From Schizochytrium sp. TIO01 (taxonomy: Eukaryota > Protista > Bigyra: Labyrinthulomycetes): a stretch of DNA of 64,000 nucleotides. A program made the position numbers and the translations under genes. The notes under the pieces are model-generated. The model worked only from the letters and a program-made list of their open reading frames with translations. It made no database searches and was not told the DNA's origin. This document shows positions 10,895-24,566 of the stretch, piece after piece (the first letter of the stretch is position 1; every line of letters begins with the position of its first letter). Location: NCBI GenBank assembly GCA_004764695.1, contig SMSO01000034.1:2418001-2482000 (forward strand). The letters are read 5' to 3'.

Positions 10895-13800
10895 AATACA
10901 ATCGCTTCAGGACAGTAACCGATGACTGTAAAGGAGTTGAGGTTCTGCAGTTCTGTTTGCCTGAGTCCATCCTCATGCCTTGAGTAGTCGTTTTTATATT
11001 TTGTATAGTCATGGTTCTCTCTGCTGAGCTTATTTGGCGGACAATACAGTCAGACAATCCCAAAAATAAATTGAAGTACCGTCTCACAATCAAAAAGGAT
11101 CGAATTATTTAGAAGTGAACGAATCAGGCGCATTCTTCTGCACAGAGAGAAACAGAGGGAAACAGGAAGAGAGAGAAAAAAACAAAAACAGAGAGATTCT
11201 TAAGATAAAATAAAGCTCAGCAGCAGTTTTGAATACAGTTGGTACGACTAACTTATTCGATCCAGCATAGTACTATTTTCCAAATTCGATATCCTCAACT
11301 CAAAGAAACTTGCCACACTGCACAGAAAGATCACTCTTTTCTCAACTAGCTTTTATTTAAACTAGTGATATGTCCCGTGCCCGCGTCAGTTTGTTTCTCA
11401 TTGATCAGGAATGATCGTCAAGCCGGTCCACATGTGCTTTATTCATCATTTCCATAAGCTGCGAAGCCGCCTAATCAAGCCGACCCATGCTCGATGCAAA
11501 AAGAAGATTATCAATCAGGACAGAGAAATTGGTTTAATCGAGCCGGCTGCAAATGTTACCTAGCTTCACAAGTTGCGAAGTTTGTATTTATCAGCGTATG
11601 CCATTGTTGTTGGCGTGGTCAAAAAAACTAATTTTCTCAATGCAGAATTCAGATTTTCTCTTTCCCCCCCCTTTTTTTGTAGCTGCATCACTTCCAAAAA
11701 GTAAATCTTTGATCGATCTTCGTTGCACTCAAAATAAAATAACCCACACGACTTTTTCATTCCCCAATCGAATAAAAGAAAGTAAAAGAAAAAGAAAAAG
11801 AAATTGGGTGTTTTCGCTAAATTATTCAGAATTGAAGTCGAGCTGCAAGTTTCAATCCAAAGCTTAATTAACACAGCATTATCTATATAGTCATGCGAGT
11901 TTTTTAAAAAATCAGTATTGTACAAACGAACAAGTTGAGATACTCGCTTCCAACTTCGAATCGCAAAAATCCTTTGAAGAAACTCTATGTTTTTGTTTTC
12001 GAACCTATTATTTTTTAATGCTGATATATTTTGAAATATTGAACAGATTTAAGACGGGTTGTATGCTACGTGCCCAGACCAAGCAAGATTATCATCCAAG
12101 GCTTCGATCCTCCAGCATTCACTTACAATCAGTGAACAGTTTATCTTAAACCTGAGAGGCGGGCGAAATAACCAGGTTAAAGAGTCTTGAACATTACTGA
12201 TTCATGGCCGGAGAAACGTCCGGACTGACCTGTCGACCTTCCCACCTGCATAGCAGACATTAACGATGTGTCCTAATCCTGTGATGGATCGAATTTCAAA
12301 ATTTAAAAAAGGGAAAAGTTATAGAACAGTTGGAGTCCCAGATCCCCCCTTGTATAGACCCGGAATGCTACTTGCGCTACTATTTTTTTTTTCGTGAAAA
12401 GAAACACATTTTAAGCTGGTCCTCTCGTATGATTATTCTCACTATACTTAAATTATATGTTAGTAAGACTCAGATAATAGAGTTGCTAGTTGTTGTTATT
12501 ATTGACTATTGTAGTTATTATAAAGTATAGTAGGCATACTATTTTGTTAATTTTAAGTAAATAAAAAACAATTGTTTTATTTTTTATTTTTACAAATGAA
12601 ATAAAGATAAAATAAGTCAAACGTTGTCCAGTATCCAAGTAATGCGATGGCATGACCGATATATGTTTATGATTAAACAAGGTAAGGATTTTCAAATTCC
12701 CACCTATACGTCATTGTATATGGAAGGGGGATGGATGTGGAAGGTCTGGTCACCGTTTCCTTTTACTTTTCTTTTCTTTTATACAATTTCTCAAGTTTGC
12801 AAGCGGTATTGCAAATGTCAAGTCGATTCGCAACTTCAACAATTTGGCTGGTCTCAGCAGTCACGCACGCAACTCAAAACCAACATGATGTCCTTTCAGT
12901 ACGACTTTGAAGAACAAATCAACCAAACCGAGCCGAGAAGAGAACATCTGTGGTTGTCGACCTCGGCTCGCCTCTCGCCACGCGCCATTGACCCTTCTTC
13001 ACTCCAAATCTGAGTATTCAGACGATTAGTTCCCAGACGTCGACACCCCCTTTTCAATAGTCAAAACAACTGATGTGACTGTCAAGTATCTCTTCTGTGT
13101 GTGCAATATAGGGATACAAAGACCCTATCTCTATAAACATAGCCACAAACACTGCGCAACAACGCCCAGATTCACGATTCATCCTTGTTTGGTCTTTCTT
13201 AGTAATCATGAGCAGAACACCTTCCTAGGATGTTGAAACTACTGCGCTTATCCTCTCTCTCTTTCTCTCTCTCTCTTTATTTATTATTTTATCCTATGCT
13301 TTAATAAAAAATAAGTTGAAACAAATAAATAAAAATTATATATAGCGTATATAATTACATTTGTTTTGCAGCTGTAAAAAATAAAGGAAAAAAAGTGAAA
13401 AAAAGGAGTGATCTCACTCGTTTCACACTCCTTGCCTGTCGGTGTCATCGTTTCTCGATCCCGCTCTCAGCCTAGTACCTCCTATGGGCCTTCTCTCTCC
13501 GCCTTTTCTCGCATACATAGAATTACTAATCCATGCCGGAGCTATAGCGTTCTATCTTGTATTGTCAGAATTATTTATCGACCGATCAAATAGTGAGGCT
13601 TGTGATCAGAGCTTCTTGCTGCTCCTTTGACCCCCTCCTTATCTCTATCCGCCTCGAGATGGTAGGACTTCTGTGAGAAAGATTGCTATGGTAGAGTCTA
13701 ACAATAGACTAGAACTACAAGGGTTCCCACAGAAGCTCCGTTGGGCCACTTCTTTCGTCGCCCACCTTTTTCAGACTCGATGTTCAATACTTGTATATGT

Positions 13801-16800
13801 CGGCGATTTCAGGCATTGGACAGCCAGGCGTCCTTCTCAGTTCAAGCGCCGACACATGCAGGACGTTCGCAGCGGAACTTCTTGCCTTAACCCTTTGTCT
13901 GCGAATTGTGGAAAAACAGAACCTCACGGGAGAGGGAGTCTAGCAATATCTGACACAAACTTTAAAGGGTTGTAATCTAGAAGACAACGATATTTCAAAG
14001 CTGTCGTGAATCCGTCACAGGGATCCTTTTTTCGATTGCCTTTCCTCTTAGCACTTGTGATATGTGTGGCAAGCTTGTTATATAAAATACAGCCCAATAA
14101 CACTCACAGGAAAGAGACTTGATACATGCAGTTCGACTAGTGATATGGCTGAAAGAGGCAAGAAAGTAAGTTTGACTGCACTTGACGGGACGTGCCAGAT
14201 CCAGCAAGATGAATTCTTCTTATGCTAGATTAATACTGCGCTTTTAAAGATATGACAAAGGAAACTGGGCAATAGACAGAAATCATACTATAGTTATCCA
14301 ACGCTGGTCTCATTATAGACAAGTTGGTATTACTAACGTAAATATCATTCATGGCAGTCCATTCGAGAATAGTGAGTATTCGCCAACCTCAAGTCAGCAC
14401 AATCCCCCCTGGGCACGTTTCTGAGTCTCGATCCATTAAAATCAGTATATAATTTTACTTTATTTTAAATCCATCAGACTCCATCCATCCTAGCGTCTAG
14501 ATCAAGAAGCAATGAATCCCCATCCTGACCTCACTGGGGGAGAATTAAAGAATAGGATGTAAACTCATATCATAAGACCCTCTGCTATCTTGCCCAAGTG
14601 CAAACCTAATCGGTTGATTGATAAGCAAAGAGCTCTTACATCTGGCGTACACACAGGTCTTTCGTGTCTTTCAACAATATTCACTGCCGAAAAAAAAGAA
14701 AAAGGAAAAAAGAGTATAATAACTTTTTTGGTGCAGAATACTTATCTACCTTTAAATTTCTCTTTTGAAGCCAAATTAGGTTCGAACTGAACCAAACCAT
14801 GAAGTTCACTCGAAATCCAACTTGATAAGAGCTAAAAGAACATATTTACCATAGAACATAGATAGCAGGGATAGAAGGAACATTAGATATGCTTGAAAGG
14901 TTCTGTTTAAAATGCCTTGTTCTATTGCATCAGAGTTTAGAAACCCCTCGATGGGCTATGCAACCATAATAAATACGCGCCCTGAGTGAATAATAAACTA
15001 ATCGAACTTATTTTTCTTCTTCTTTTAATTATAATTAAAACAGAAATCATTATGATAACCCTGGAAAAAAAAAAAACGTTTTTAGTTCTTATTCACACGC
15101 CACTCAAGATCATTACCTATCATTGCATAATTCAAAATTGCATATTTTAGAAAAGTACCTATGTAACACAAATTGAGTTTATATTTATAGGTTGGTTTCT
15201 TGAAAAATTTGAAACACGCGCTCCGACCTAGGCAATTAGTTTATTTTCTTCATTGCCACTTTCAGATATAAAGGGCCAAACCTTTACTTAGACAAAAGCC
15301 TTCGTTGAACCGACATCGGACGGGTGCTCGTGATTATATGAAGGAGAGTAATATCTCACGCAATGACGAACCCAGAGGCAAGTGTCCAATCCTCGCTGCC
15401 CTTGTTAACTTTCACTTTTGCGAGTGTATGCGAATCTCCGATTTCTCCGCAATTCCTGCGAACGACATTGATCTCTGCATCTCAAGGTACTTGTTAGTTA
15501 GCAACAAATCTTGAAATAAATTGCTTATAAGGACAGTAACTCGATGTTGTCACCCGTGGCTTCCAAATATCTTTAATGAAAAGGATGTCGGAGAGCTTGG
15601 CTAAACTTTAGTTTGATTTGAATAAATAAGCCACTCAGAACAAAGCTCGATAATACACAAGCCAATAAGTTAAAAAAAAAAATAGTTTTGAATGTTGGAA
15701 TAAGGCCTATTTTAAAGCAACAGAGGCTTGCTAGGTAGAGGTAAAAGGTTAGAACCTCTTAGCTTGGATGAAAAGTTCAGCCAAAACACTGTTTCTTAGT
15801 TTGGAGGTGGAAAGGCATATTACCTCGGTACATAGGTACCTCAAGCTTATGTTTCTAATGTGTAATTTTTTCTATACATAAATATATATTTATTTATTTA
15901 AAGCTTTGGTTATTCCACCCAAATGACTTTTTTTTTTCTTGCCTCTTTTCCACACGGATTTTTTTTTCATATTCTAAAAACTCGAGTTAAAGGAGAATTT
16001 AGAGGTACTAAGTAACTTAAAGTAGTATACATAGTAGTCAGATAAGAATCTCAAGGGTGTGTGAGGTTTTCAGTCTGACCTTGGATTATGATGGGGTAAT
16101 CAAAGGGGTTCCGTTTTTTATTTCAAATTTAGTTTACCAGAGAGAAGAGTTGATGCGTTAGAAGTAAAACATGACATTTCCCTGATTGTGATATAGCAGT
16201 TCGCTTTCGAGAGACATGCGTGGGTCCTTTACGGCGGCACTTCTTTTTATTTAAAGATTGTTTTTTGCATTCTTATTTTTTATTTTTTATTTTTTTAATA
16301 TTAATAATAGTATCGTGGGCGATCTTGCGATCTCCGGGAGCGTCGATTTAATAATTTGTGGAACTATTGCCATAACAAACTTGAGTTGATCAATCTCGGA
16401 AGTTCCTTTTGAGTGTCCTTTTGTCCTTTGTTTAGGGAGAAGTTGTATTGTTCTGTCGTAGTTGCATCAAAGGCTGGCAATTTGAGTAGTGCTCACTCGA
16501 TTTATGTCTTGGATGTATTTTCTTTGCTTCTTTGCTGCATACATTGCGAATTGCAAAAGAATTAAGATTCAAAGCATACATAACTTATTCTTAGGTTAGG
16601 CGATCTTTCGAAGGAGGTCAATACTCGCAAGCGAAGTCGCTTTCTTGCTATTATTAATTATATCAAACTGCAAGTACGCGGGTGATTGGGTTCACGCAAT
16701 TTGTTTATTATCTGTTATCAAAGCCAGAGACAATAAGCTTGGAGTCTACATACTCGCATCATAGGTTGACAAAACCTAATCACCGAGAAGGCTATGCATC

Positions 16801-19800
16801 ATTTAGGTGCGATGTATCAAGCTGCCAACTGCCGCGAAATCACTACAATGAGAATAGTCACGAGTGCACTTTCTACTTTTCCTCTGTGACTTTCTTGGCG
16901 TCATTCATCTGCCATCGCGTGCAGACTCTCACACTAAAATTCAGGACAGACCAAACTTCACGATGCCGACTACAGCAGATTATTCAAGAGACTGTCTCCA
17001 CCACTGATCCAGGACTTATCAGTCAGCCATGCTCAAAGGGTTTCATGCGCGCTACCGATGTTTTGAATGGCGATCCAAGCTCGCTTCCACCTTTCTAATG
17101 AGGTTTCCAGCTGTCATGAGCTGTGGCCAAAGATCTCTTCAAAGAAGCGTTACTCGTAGAACTAGCTCTACTGAGCCATGCAGATTTCAGCTCCAGCTCC
17201 GCATGCTCTCATATTTCCCAAGGCGCTCAACCACCAAGAAAATGAATTCGAGTGCGCGTGCGTGAATCATGATCAACCTTGTCCTTCTATTCCTTCATTT
17301 GCTTTATTGGACAACCTTTTCTATTTCTTCTTTTTCTTTCCTTCATCTTACAAAAGAAAAGAAACGAAATGAAAAAGTTAAAGAACTGTCTTAGACTCCT
17401 TACCTTGCCAATCATTAAACCAATAATGAACGTGTCCCCACAGAAGCCATTGCCACATGTGTGCCAGCCAGTCATTCGTTCCCCATCATGAAATAAATTC
17501 GCACGTTTTGCCGAGACGATCCTCGTTTCTTCGTCTGAGTGGCAGAGGCACTTTACTCTTATTTTCGTATCCAGCCTCCACCCAGGTGTTTGACAATGGC
17601 CAATGGCTTCCTGCCATATACCTACACCCCTCGTGATTGTTACATCAGCAGCTAGCTCATAGTGTCGCTGCACTCGTGACCGGTCGACAGGGCATAATTG
17701 GAGCTCCCGGGGATTCTCAGGGAGTGGAGCCACGATACAGAGATTGCTCTGCTCGTGTTTGGGGACTTTCTAGAGCACTCAACGTGTGCGAGTTGGCTCC
17801 GCCAGATGTTGCGATCTTCTTGCTTTGGTCGAAAAGTGAAGAGTAGGACCGGGTCTCAAAGGGACGAGCAAATGTGCTGCAGATGAATTTCTTTGGTATT
17901 CCTTTTTTCTCTTTCTTTTTCATTTTTTAAAAGATATTTTACTTTTTACTTTTTTTAAACTTTTTTTTTTTCAAACAGCAGGTACGGTAGTAGTCGAGTT
18001 GATGAAATTAGTAGTATACAGACAGGTTTATGGGTGAATGCCACGGGCTGTGCACTCTTCGTATAGGAATGTCCCCTAGATCTGACTGGTTGGCCGATCC
18101 TTAGGTCTACAAAGCAGTTCGATATACCAGGCCTACCGCATATCTAGGTCTTACGATTCTGAAACTACCTATCCAAACGACGTCCTTGGTCAGTGCGCTT
18201 TCTCCTTCATGGCTCTAACCTTGATCATTTTGAGTGTCCGGAATAAGCAGCGAACTCAACGATCTTCCTCCCTCACTATACTCGCCATAGAAATCGTTGG
18301 CGTCGTTGGGGGTGTGGTAGAAGGAATTAAGTGTTTCTCAGACTTGGACAGATCTTTAAAGAGGGCTCGCAGGTTACATCTGTCGGGCTTCTTAGATTCC
18401 AAGTCGTACTGGATTGGCGGATCGGACGTCTTCGGAAGTAGCAAATGGAAGTGCAAACCGAGTTCGAAGATTGGGGCCAACATGCGGACAAAAGTGTCAA
18501 GTATGAGGTACAAGTAAGGTCGTCTACTGTCTCCTCCCTCTTCCTTTTTGAGGAGATCGTCTCACGTTTCTCAAGCCCATCTTTTTCCGAGTTGTTTTTC
18601 ATTCATCCAAAATTTCTTACGATTGCGATGACTTTTATAAAGCGGGCTATTTGCACAAGCTTGATATATACCAACCCTTCGACCCTGTTGTGTCATTCAA
18701 GACGCTTTAGTAAGTACCTAGGTGCTGGAAATCAACTGCGTCTGATTTGATGGCTCTGAGATCGAAGCAAAGTTTGCTACTTACTCTCATATAAATGTTG
18801 ATTATGATAAGTAAAAAGATTCCCTGCAAATATAAAAAATAAATGCTGATCTCTGCAAGCGCAAGGGCCGTTTGCAAGATATAAGTGCCCTGGTATTAAC
18901 TTCCAAAGAATCAACTTATTATTTGCGAGTTAAGGCTGGAATCCATGAGTTATGATGCTTTTTAAAATCGTTGCTGATATTTTAATTACATGTGCAGATT
19001 GATCTATTGGCATGGGGGACATCATCGTCATGGAATTTTTCAAGATCATGCTTTCTCAAAGAAACCAAATCTGTGATTTTTAGAATTTGATATAACAACA
19101 TCAGAAGCTAATAAATATCCTACCATCTCATGCAAAATGACGGGATGAAAGAGTCATATACCATTTCATGCAAAACTACATAACCATCAGAGTCAATATC
19201 TGTATATCGGAGTCTTACGCAGTAACGGTTGGTAATTTCTTTCTTGCTTTTTTTCATGTTGATATGAATTCAGTAGATCGCGCATTCAAAAGATCAAGTA
19301 TGCAATGACTTTTCAGTCAGCTACATCAAGCTGTCTAAGTGCCTTGTCCTCATCTCCAAAGTTCACCTTTAGTTGATCAATAATTAGTTTTGGGAACGCA
19401 AAACTGAAAATAATACTGGAACTGAATGCACATGGAGACGTTTATCTTCATCAATGATCTCGTTAAAACCTTAAGCAGATGGACGATTCATTATAGATCA
19501 AATGATAGATATGAAATTTTATTAGTTTCGTACAAATTTAATTACGAGGGTACCAATTCAAGTCATGAAATATGAAGCTTCACCTTTTACGCTCGTATTA
19601 GTTCGCGAGCTGTTGGAGACTCCGACGTCTAAGCTCGAAATGCTTCATCTTATTTCACCTGAACTATAACACATACCAGAGTACATGCGGTCCTTTCATT
19701 ATTACAGCTCTCAATGGAAGACCTTCCCGATCTCGAAATTGCTCATCATAAACTTGAATATAATCCCATCGATCGAATTCTGTCTATCTTTCCTACTTCA

Positions 19801-19803
19801 AAA

Positions 19804-19824
19804 GGGGGGGGGGGGGGGGGGGGG
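19804..19824 (+). repeat. poly-G tract (21 nt)
   Basis: Direct reading of the G homopolymer. Confidence 0.9.
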
Positions 19825-20299
19825 CGTATTTAGTTGTTATACTGCCATTAGCTACACAAGAGATACCAAAACGAATATACTATCCAAGTGAACCAGGGAG
19901 TTGCTCCAAATCCTTTTTTCCTCTTGATTTCCATCCGCTCAAAATAACACAACCAAAGTTCTCTGGCATTTCATCTGAAGGAGTGTTTGCTGTTTGCCCC
20001 AAGGCACCTTTCTCAAAGATATCAATCATCGATTCGTTATTTTAAGGGAACGGCAGATACGACTATGATCTTACAAGATGCTGAAATTACCTAGTTATTT
20101 TTCTCAAACACGATCGGTGATTCGTATGAAATTGGCGTATCGAAACATAAAGCAGCACCGCAAAAGATTGAAAATAATTGTGCATGATTATTATTTATTT
20201 GAAGATATGCTTAGTTGAAATCCTAACTTGAGGTTGCTGCAAAATCCATCAATGACCTTCACATCTTCACTGAGTATGGCGGTTGGGGTCATCAATAGA

Positions 20300-22543
20300 T
20301 TATTTCAGCCTCCTTCCGATTTTTTGTTCTAATTCGTTTTGCTCCTCATTCAATTTGACTTTGTCTCTCAGGTTATTAACTTCATCCTCGAGATTCTTTA
20401 TTTTCTTTTTGTAGAATGCTATTAGTTCCATTTCAGAACTCTTACAGCCACAATCAGGGGTTTGAGAGGGCTGATTTTCAGGATGCTTGATCGACTTCTG
20501 AATGGCACCTTTTAGTTGTTTGATTTCGATAACATGATTTTCCAGCTCGTTCGTCTTATTGCTCAATTCACCTTTTGTGTCTCTCAATTGCTCTTCTAGG
20601 AGTTTGATTTTGCTAAAAGCATCTTTGCAATCACTCTGTAACGTTTCTTCGTTCTCCTTGGTTTTCTTTTGCTCTAACTGAAGCTCAACGATTTTTTTTT
20701 TCAGCGCCTCGCAGTCTGCATCCTTCAACTCCTCTTGTCGTTTGTTTGAAACCTTCTTGATTTCCACGATCTCCAAATTTACTTGCTTTAGATCTGCTCT
20801 CGACTGAATGAGTTCTTCTTTTGTTGATTGCAACTCAGAACTATCTTCCTTAATATCCTCCTGCTGGGGTGATTTAGCTTGCAAGATTGAACGCAGATTT
20901 TCCTCCTCAGTTGATGATGCTTTAACACGCTTCAATAGCGCGCCTCTTTCCTGTTTTGAGCTATCTGTTGAACAAACTTTACGTTTGCCTTTTGGGTCGG
21001 CCTCCGATGGCGATGGACCTCCCTGATCAGTATCTTGGATAGTGGGTGCCAAGTTATTCTCGGTAAAGTCACCACCTTCTATGCTGTGTGAATACAGTCC
21101 AGTAGAGTGTTCATTATTCGTGTCATGGTTCACTCGGACAGTTTTATCATATTCGAAATCATAGCCAGAGTCGCTACAATGGTCCGACTGAACAGGACCT
21201 AACCGCAGCTTGAAGTGCTGTTTTTTACTATCCTCAGCATTTTCAAACTCAATCACCTTGATAGAACTATTACTTTCCCTGAGAAGGCTATTCAAATATT
21301 CTGTGGGAGAGTCACGAGTGCAGACCTTTTTCAGAAGAGCTGCAAGATCTGATTTCTTGATCTTCTCGTTTTTGTTCTTAATGAAGAGACTGTGCTTCGG
21401 AAGACTAGAGTCAGCGTCAAAGAAAGCCAAAATTTTTCTCTGGTAACAATCAAGCATCAATGCAGGAACACAACTTGTCTTCCCGTCCCATTCATCGGAG
21501 ATATACTCGAAAGTATTCTCTAAAATTTCTATAGATCTAGCATGAGAAAGTTCGTTTTCCTCTGATGACGATCTCGCCTGCTTTCTGCCTGCTTTCATGC
21601 GATCTGACTGACTCGGCTTAGTATCGACAGTGCCCCTTGTTGCAGACGAACTAGGTTCATTTTGGGTTTGGCTCCTTGCGATTGATGAGTCCATTGAATT
21701 GTTTTTTTCACTTTCACCAACCTTAGCTGCTTTGGAAGAGTCCTCGGTTGTTTCGAGGCTCTTTGAGCCAAGAGGAGGGCTAAATTGTAGCCGCCTTGGA
21801 TCAGTAGTATCGTGTTTCGAATCGTTGATACCCGAGCTATCGCGACGTTTGGCTGTTTTTGATTTATTGCCAGTGTCTAGATCGCTATCATCATCGCTGT
21901 CATTGTCATCACCATTGTCTTCACTGTCACCATCGATACCATTGGTATCATTACCAATAGGAGCTTCTATATCGTCATCAACACCATTACTACTAATAAC
22001 ACCGGTTTCAATCATCTCGTCATCGGTATCTTGGTCCATCTCTCTAATTTTTCTTGTAGCTGCGGCTGACGACTGTCGTTGTGACCGCCTTCTTGTAGCA
22101 GGAGTTGACATCTCCTTGTCAGCATTTTTACGATTTTTGGTTTGAATTTTGGGACGCAACTTCTTATCCTTCTGAAGAACAGCAGCATCTGCCTTGGACT
22201 TATCGGAGAGTGTTGTATCATCTATACTCTCCACCAGCTCAACATCACTATCATCACCTGGTGGGTTGATCAAATCATTGAAATCAGATTCAGTTCCTTT
22301 GACCTTGTCGTTAAGTGTATTTGACAGGCTATCGTAAGACCCGCCTGTTTTTGTTTGCGGGTGGTTTTTTCGGAGGTCCGCGTCTGAGTCGGAGTCGGAG
22401 TCGGAGTCGGAAGGGATGTCCATGCAGAGCGAGTCAGACGCACCCGACTTCTTGTTTTGTCTTGGGGGAGAAGGAGGTTCAGCATCACCAACAGTTTCGA
22501 GTCCCCTAGCTGGATATGTTGATTCTTTGGAATTGGTGCTCAT
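20300..22543 (-). CDS. Hypothetical ~747-aa protein: acidic/Ser-rich disordered region, small folded core, C-terminal coiled coil; probably nuclear
   Basis: Long ORF. The track start at 22621 is TTG; the first ATG is at 22543 in a gcaaaATG context. Basic motifs RRRSQR and KGKRK; heptad-rich C-terminus. Confidence 0.8.
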   Translation of the reverse strand: MSTNSKESTYPARGLETVGDAEPPSPPRQNKKSGASDSLCMDIPSDSDSDSDSDADLRKNHPQTKTGGSYDSLSNTLNDKVKGTESDFNDLINPPGDDSDVELVESIDDTTLSDKSKADAAVLQKDKKLRPKIQTKNRKNADKEMSTPATRRRSQRQSSAAATRKIREMDQDTDDEMIETGVISSNGVDDDIEAPIGNDTNGIDGDSEDNGDDNDSDDDSDLDTGNKSKTAKRRDSSGINDSKHDTTDPRRLQFSPPLGSKSLETTEDSSKAAKVGESEKNNSMDSSIARSQTQNEPSSSATRGTVDTKPSQSDRMKAGRKQARSSSEENELSHARSIEILENTFEYISDEWDGKTSCVPALMLDCYQRKILAFFDADSSLPKHSLFIKNKNEKIKKSDLAALLKKVCTRDSPTEYLNSLLRESNSSIKVIEFENAEDSKKQHFKLRLGPVQSDHCSDSGYDFEYDKTVRVNHDTNNEHSTGLYSHSIEGGDFTENNLAPTIQDTDQGGPSPSEADPKGKRKVCSTDSSKQERGALLKRVKASSTEEENLRSILQAKSPQQEDIKEDSSELQSTKEELIQSRADLKQVNLEIVEIKKVSNKRQEELKDADCEALKKKIVELQLEQKKTKENEETLQSDCKDAFSKIKLLEEQLRDTKGELSNKTNELENHVIEIKQLKGAIQKSIKHPENQPSQTPDCGCKSSEMELIAFYKKKIKNLEDEVNNLRDKVKLNEEQNELEQKIGRRLK

Positions 22544-23419
22544 TTTGCCACAATTATTCACTTCTCGACTTCTTGTGAATGCCGATTGGGATATTCTATT
22601 CCCATAAAAATTGAAATTCAAAGAAAACCGCGACCAGAGCAGTCAGAAACACGCCGATCTCTTCGTGAAGATCAGGGGACTTATGCAGAGACTTTAAATT
22701 TCTTTTTATCTCTGCGTAAGGAGGCTTGATTGATAAAATTTCGTAGTTCCGCCAGCAGCCTCAAGCCAAGCCTTCGATCTATGTCTACGTTTCTCTGCAA
22801 CGCCGAAGTAAATGTCAGCGCTATTGGTCAACCTGTTGCTGACGGTCACGCAAGGCAGCAAGTCTTTTGAAATGAAGACTTCTTCGCGCCTCGCTGTTGA
22901 TGCTCAGGTCCTCCACTCCCTTTCGACTCACAGATCAGGCAGGCGTTGCTTGCACACGACACCGAGAGCGGCGCAAGCAGCCTTCTGATTGCACGTAGTC
23001 GCTTTGGCAACTGTCAGAAGTTGTGCGTGGCGTGCACGAGGCTCTTCTCCTGCGTCTTGCCCGCTCGCTCGCTGATTTCGCTTTGCTGTCTGTGTAGATA
23101 GGTTCCACTAATTCAATGGTTTGTTCTAAGGACACTTACAGCTAGAGCGAACTATAGTACTCGCAGTTTTTACTAGGCTCTAGCTAGTACCACTTAGGTG
23201 TAGATATAGCGCTCTCAAAGACCAAAGTCAGAGAGAACTGGACGCAGAAACTGCTGCTCTTGGGCAGCTTGTAGCGTGAGTTTGACAAACGCGAGGCAAA
23301 GCAGTTGCTGATCGAGCGTAAGGACCAGGCTTGATAGCACAGCTCTGAGCGGACAAACCAGCGATCAAGGCAGGAATAATGAATGAAGTCTACGCCAGCC
23401 GATCTATCGGATGACGAAA

Positions 23420-23468
23420 TTGAGAGCGAACTTGAGAGCGGAGCTGAGAGCGAACTTGAGAGCGAAAT
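23420..23468 (+). repeat. Imperfect 12-bp tandem repeat (TGAGAGCGAACT) x4
   Basis: ttgagagcgaac ttgagagcggag ctgagagcgaac ttgagagcgaaa. Confidence 0.8.
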
Positions 23469-24566
23469 TGGCAACGCTCGCCAAAAAAGCCTGAATGAGC
23501 TGCTTTCTGTGCAAATATAGGCTCATTGAGACTTCTCAAAGCTCGTGCAAGCCAGTGCGCGAGACCTACCCGCGAGGTGAATTGGTGAAGGGGGAGCTGA
23601 GTTGATTTTGCAGACTTTATTCTTTGCTTATGCACAATGCTGCACACGAACAAATGAAGACGCAGGGCTGCTCATTCTGCATCAAAGTGTTCCAACCGAC
23701 TCTAAGCGAGTGCTTCTGGAGTGAAAAATTGAACAAACTAGCTCAACCGTGATGAGCACATTGAAGTGCTATTCCCAGTAGGACTGTCGCAGTCATGCAA
23801 GATTGACTAGCTAGACTATTTCGTAGAAATCAACATAACACGACACCAACAGAGTTTTGCTTTGATAGTACTGGTCGCTAGCCTCAGACAGCAGCGTAGC
23901 TGCCACTTCTAAAACACAAGCTAGCACTAGGTTGGCTCGGAGTTTGAAGAAAGAAAAGGGCAAATCAATCAACTCTTCGTGGCCTGTCGATTGGTAGTGT
24001 ACAGTAATTCGAGCGGGCCAATGATGCAAAAATACTAAACACACCCTGCATAAGGAACGTTCTCATCTCATATTTTGAGAGAATAAAGCAGCCTCAATGT
24101 GCACCCGAGCCCGAATATTAAATCCTCTGGGTGCTTCTGGATTAGGTATTAGGCTCTTCCCAGGTAGTCTACACCTCAAGTTGTGACGGTAACCAAACGG
24201 ATTAATTCACCTCATTCTTTGAACCCCCAAAATTAAAACTATTTTTACTTTTTGAGGGAGAAAAGAGAAAAAATGTAGGAGGAAGAAAGAGGTTTTTCCA
24301 TTGACCTAACGACGGCGGTCTGTCAAATGATCATCAAATGAACAGCCGACATTTAGTTTGAGCAAAGCCCAACCCGGCAAGGCGAGAGAAGGGCACCTTG
24401 GGCACAAGCCTCGTTCAAGCCAGCGCCGTGCTCGCGAGTTTGATTGAGCAAGTTAACCTCCTGCGCGGCCGTTCACAACTTCACATGGATCGATTCGTTT
24501 ATCTGAAATAAAACTCAAAGTTGCTACATCGAGCTTGTGGGAGCAATTGAGGGTGCTCGCCGGAGG

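Noticed and set aside
12930-12970. 9-bp inverted repeat CGAGCCGAG/CTCGGCTCG, and a similar short hairpin at 43725-43740
   Set aside because: Isolated short stems are expected by chance and have no supporting context.
16680-19500. Coding-like fragments, including ORFs 17287..17733 and 18256..18513
   Set aside because: No recognisable motifs or consistent splice model; they may be decayed genes but need a translated search.
23221-23520. Protein-like plus-strand frame (REFDKREAKQLLIERKD..DLSDDEIESELES)
   Set aside because: Five to six stops in 100 codons is about the random expectation and no family is recognised, so a pseudogene call is unsupported.
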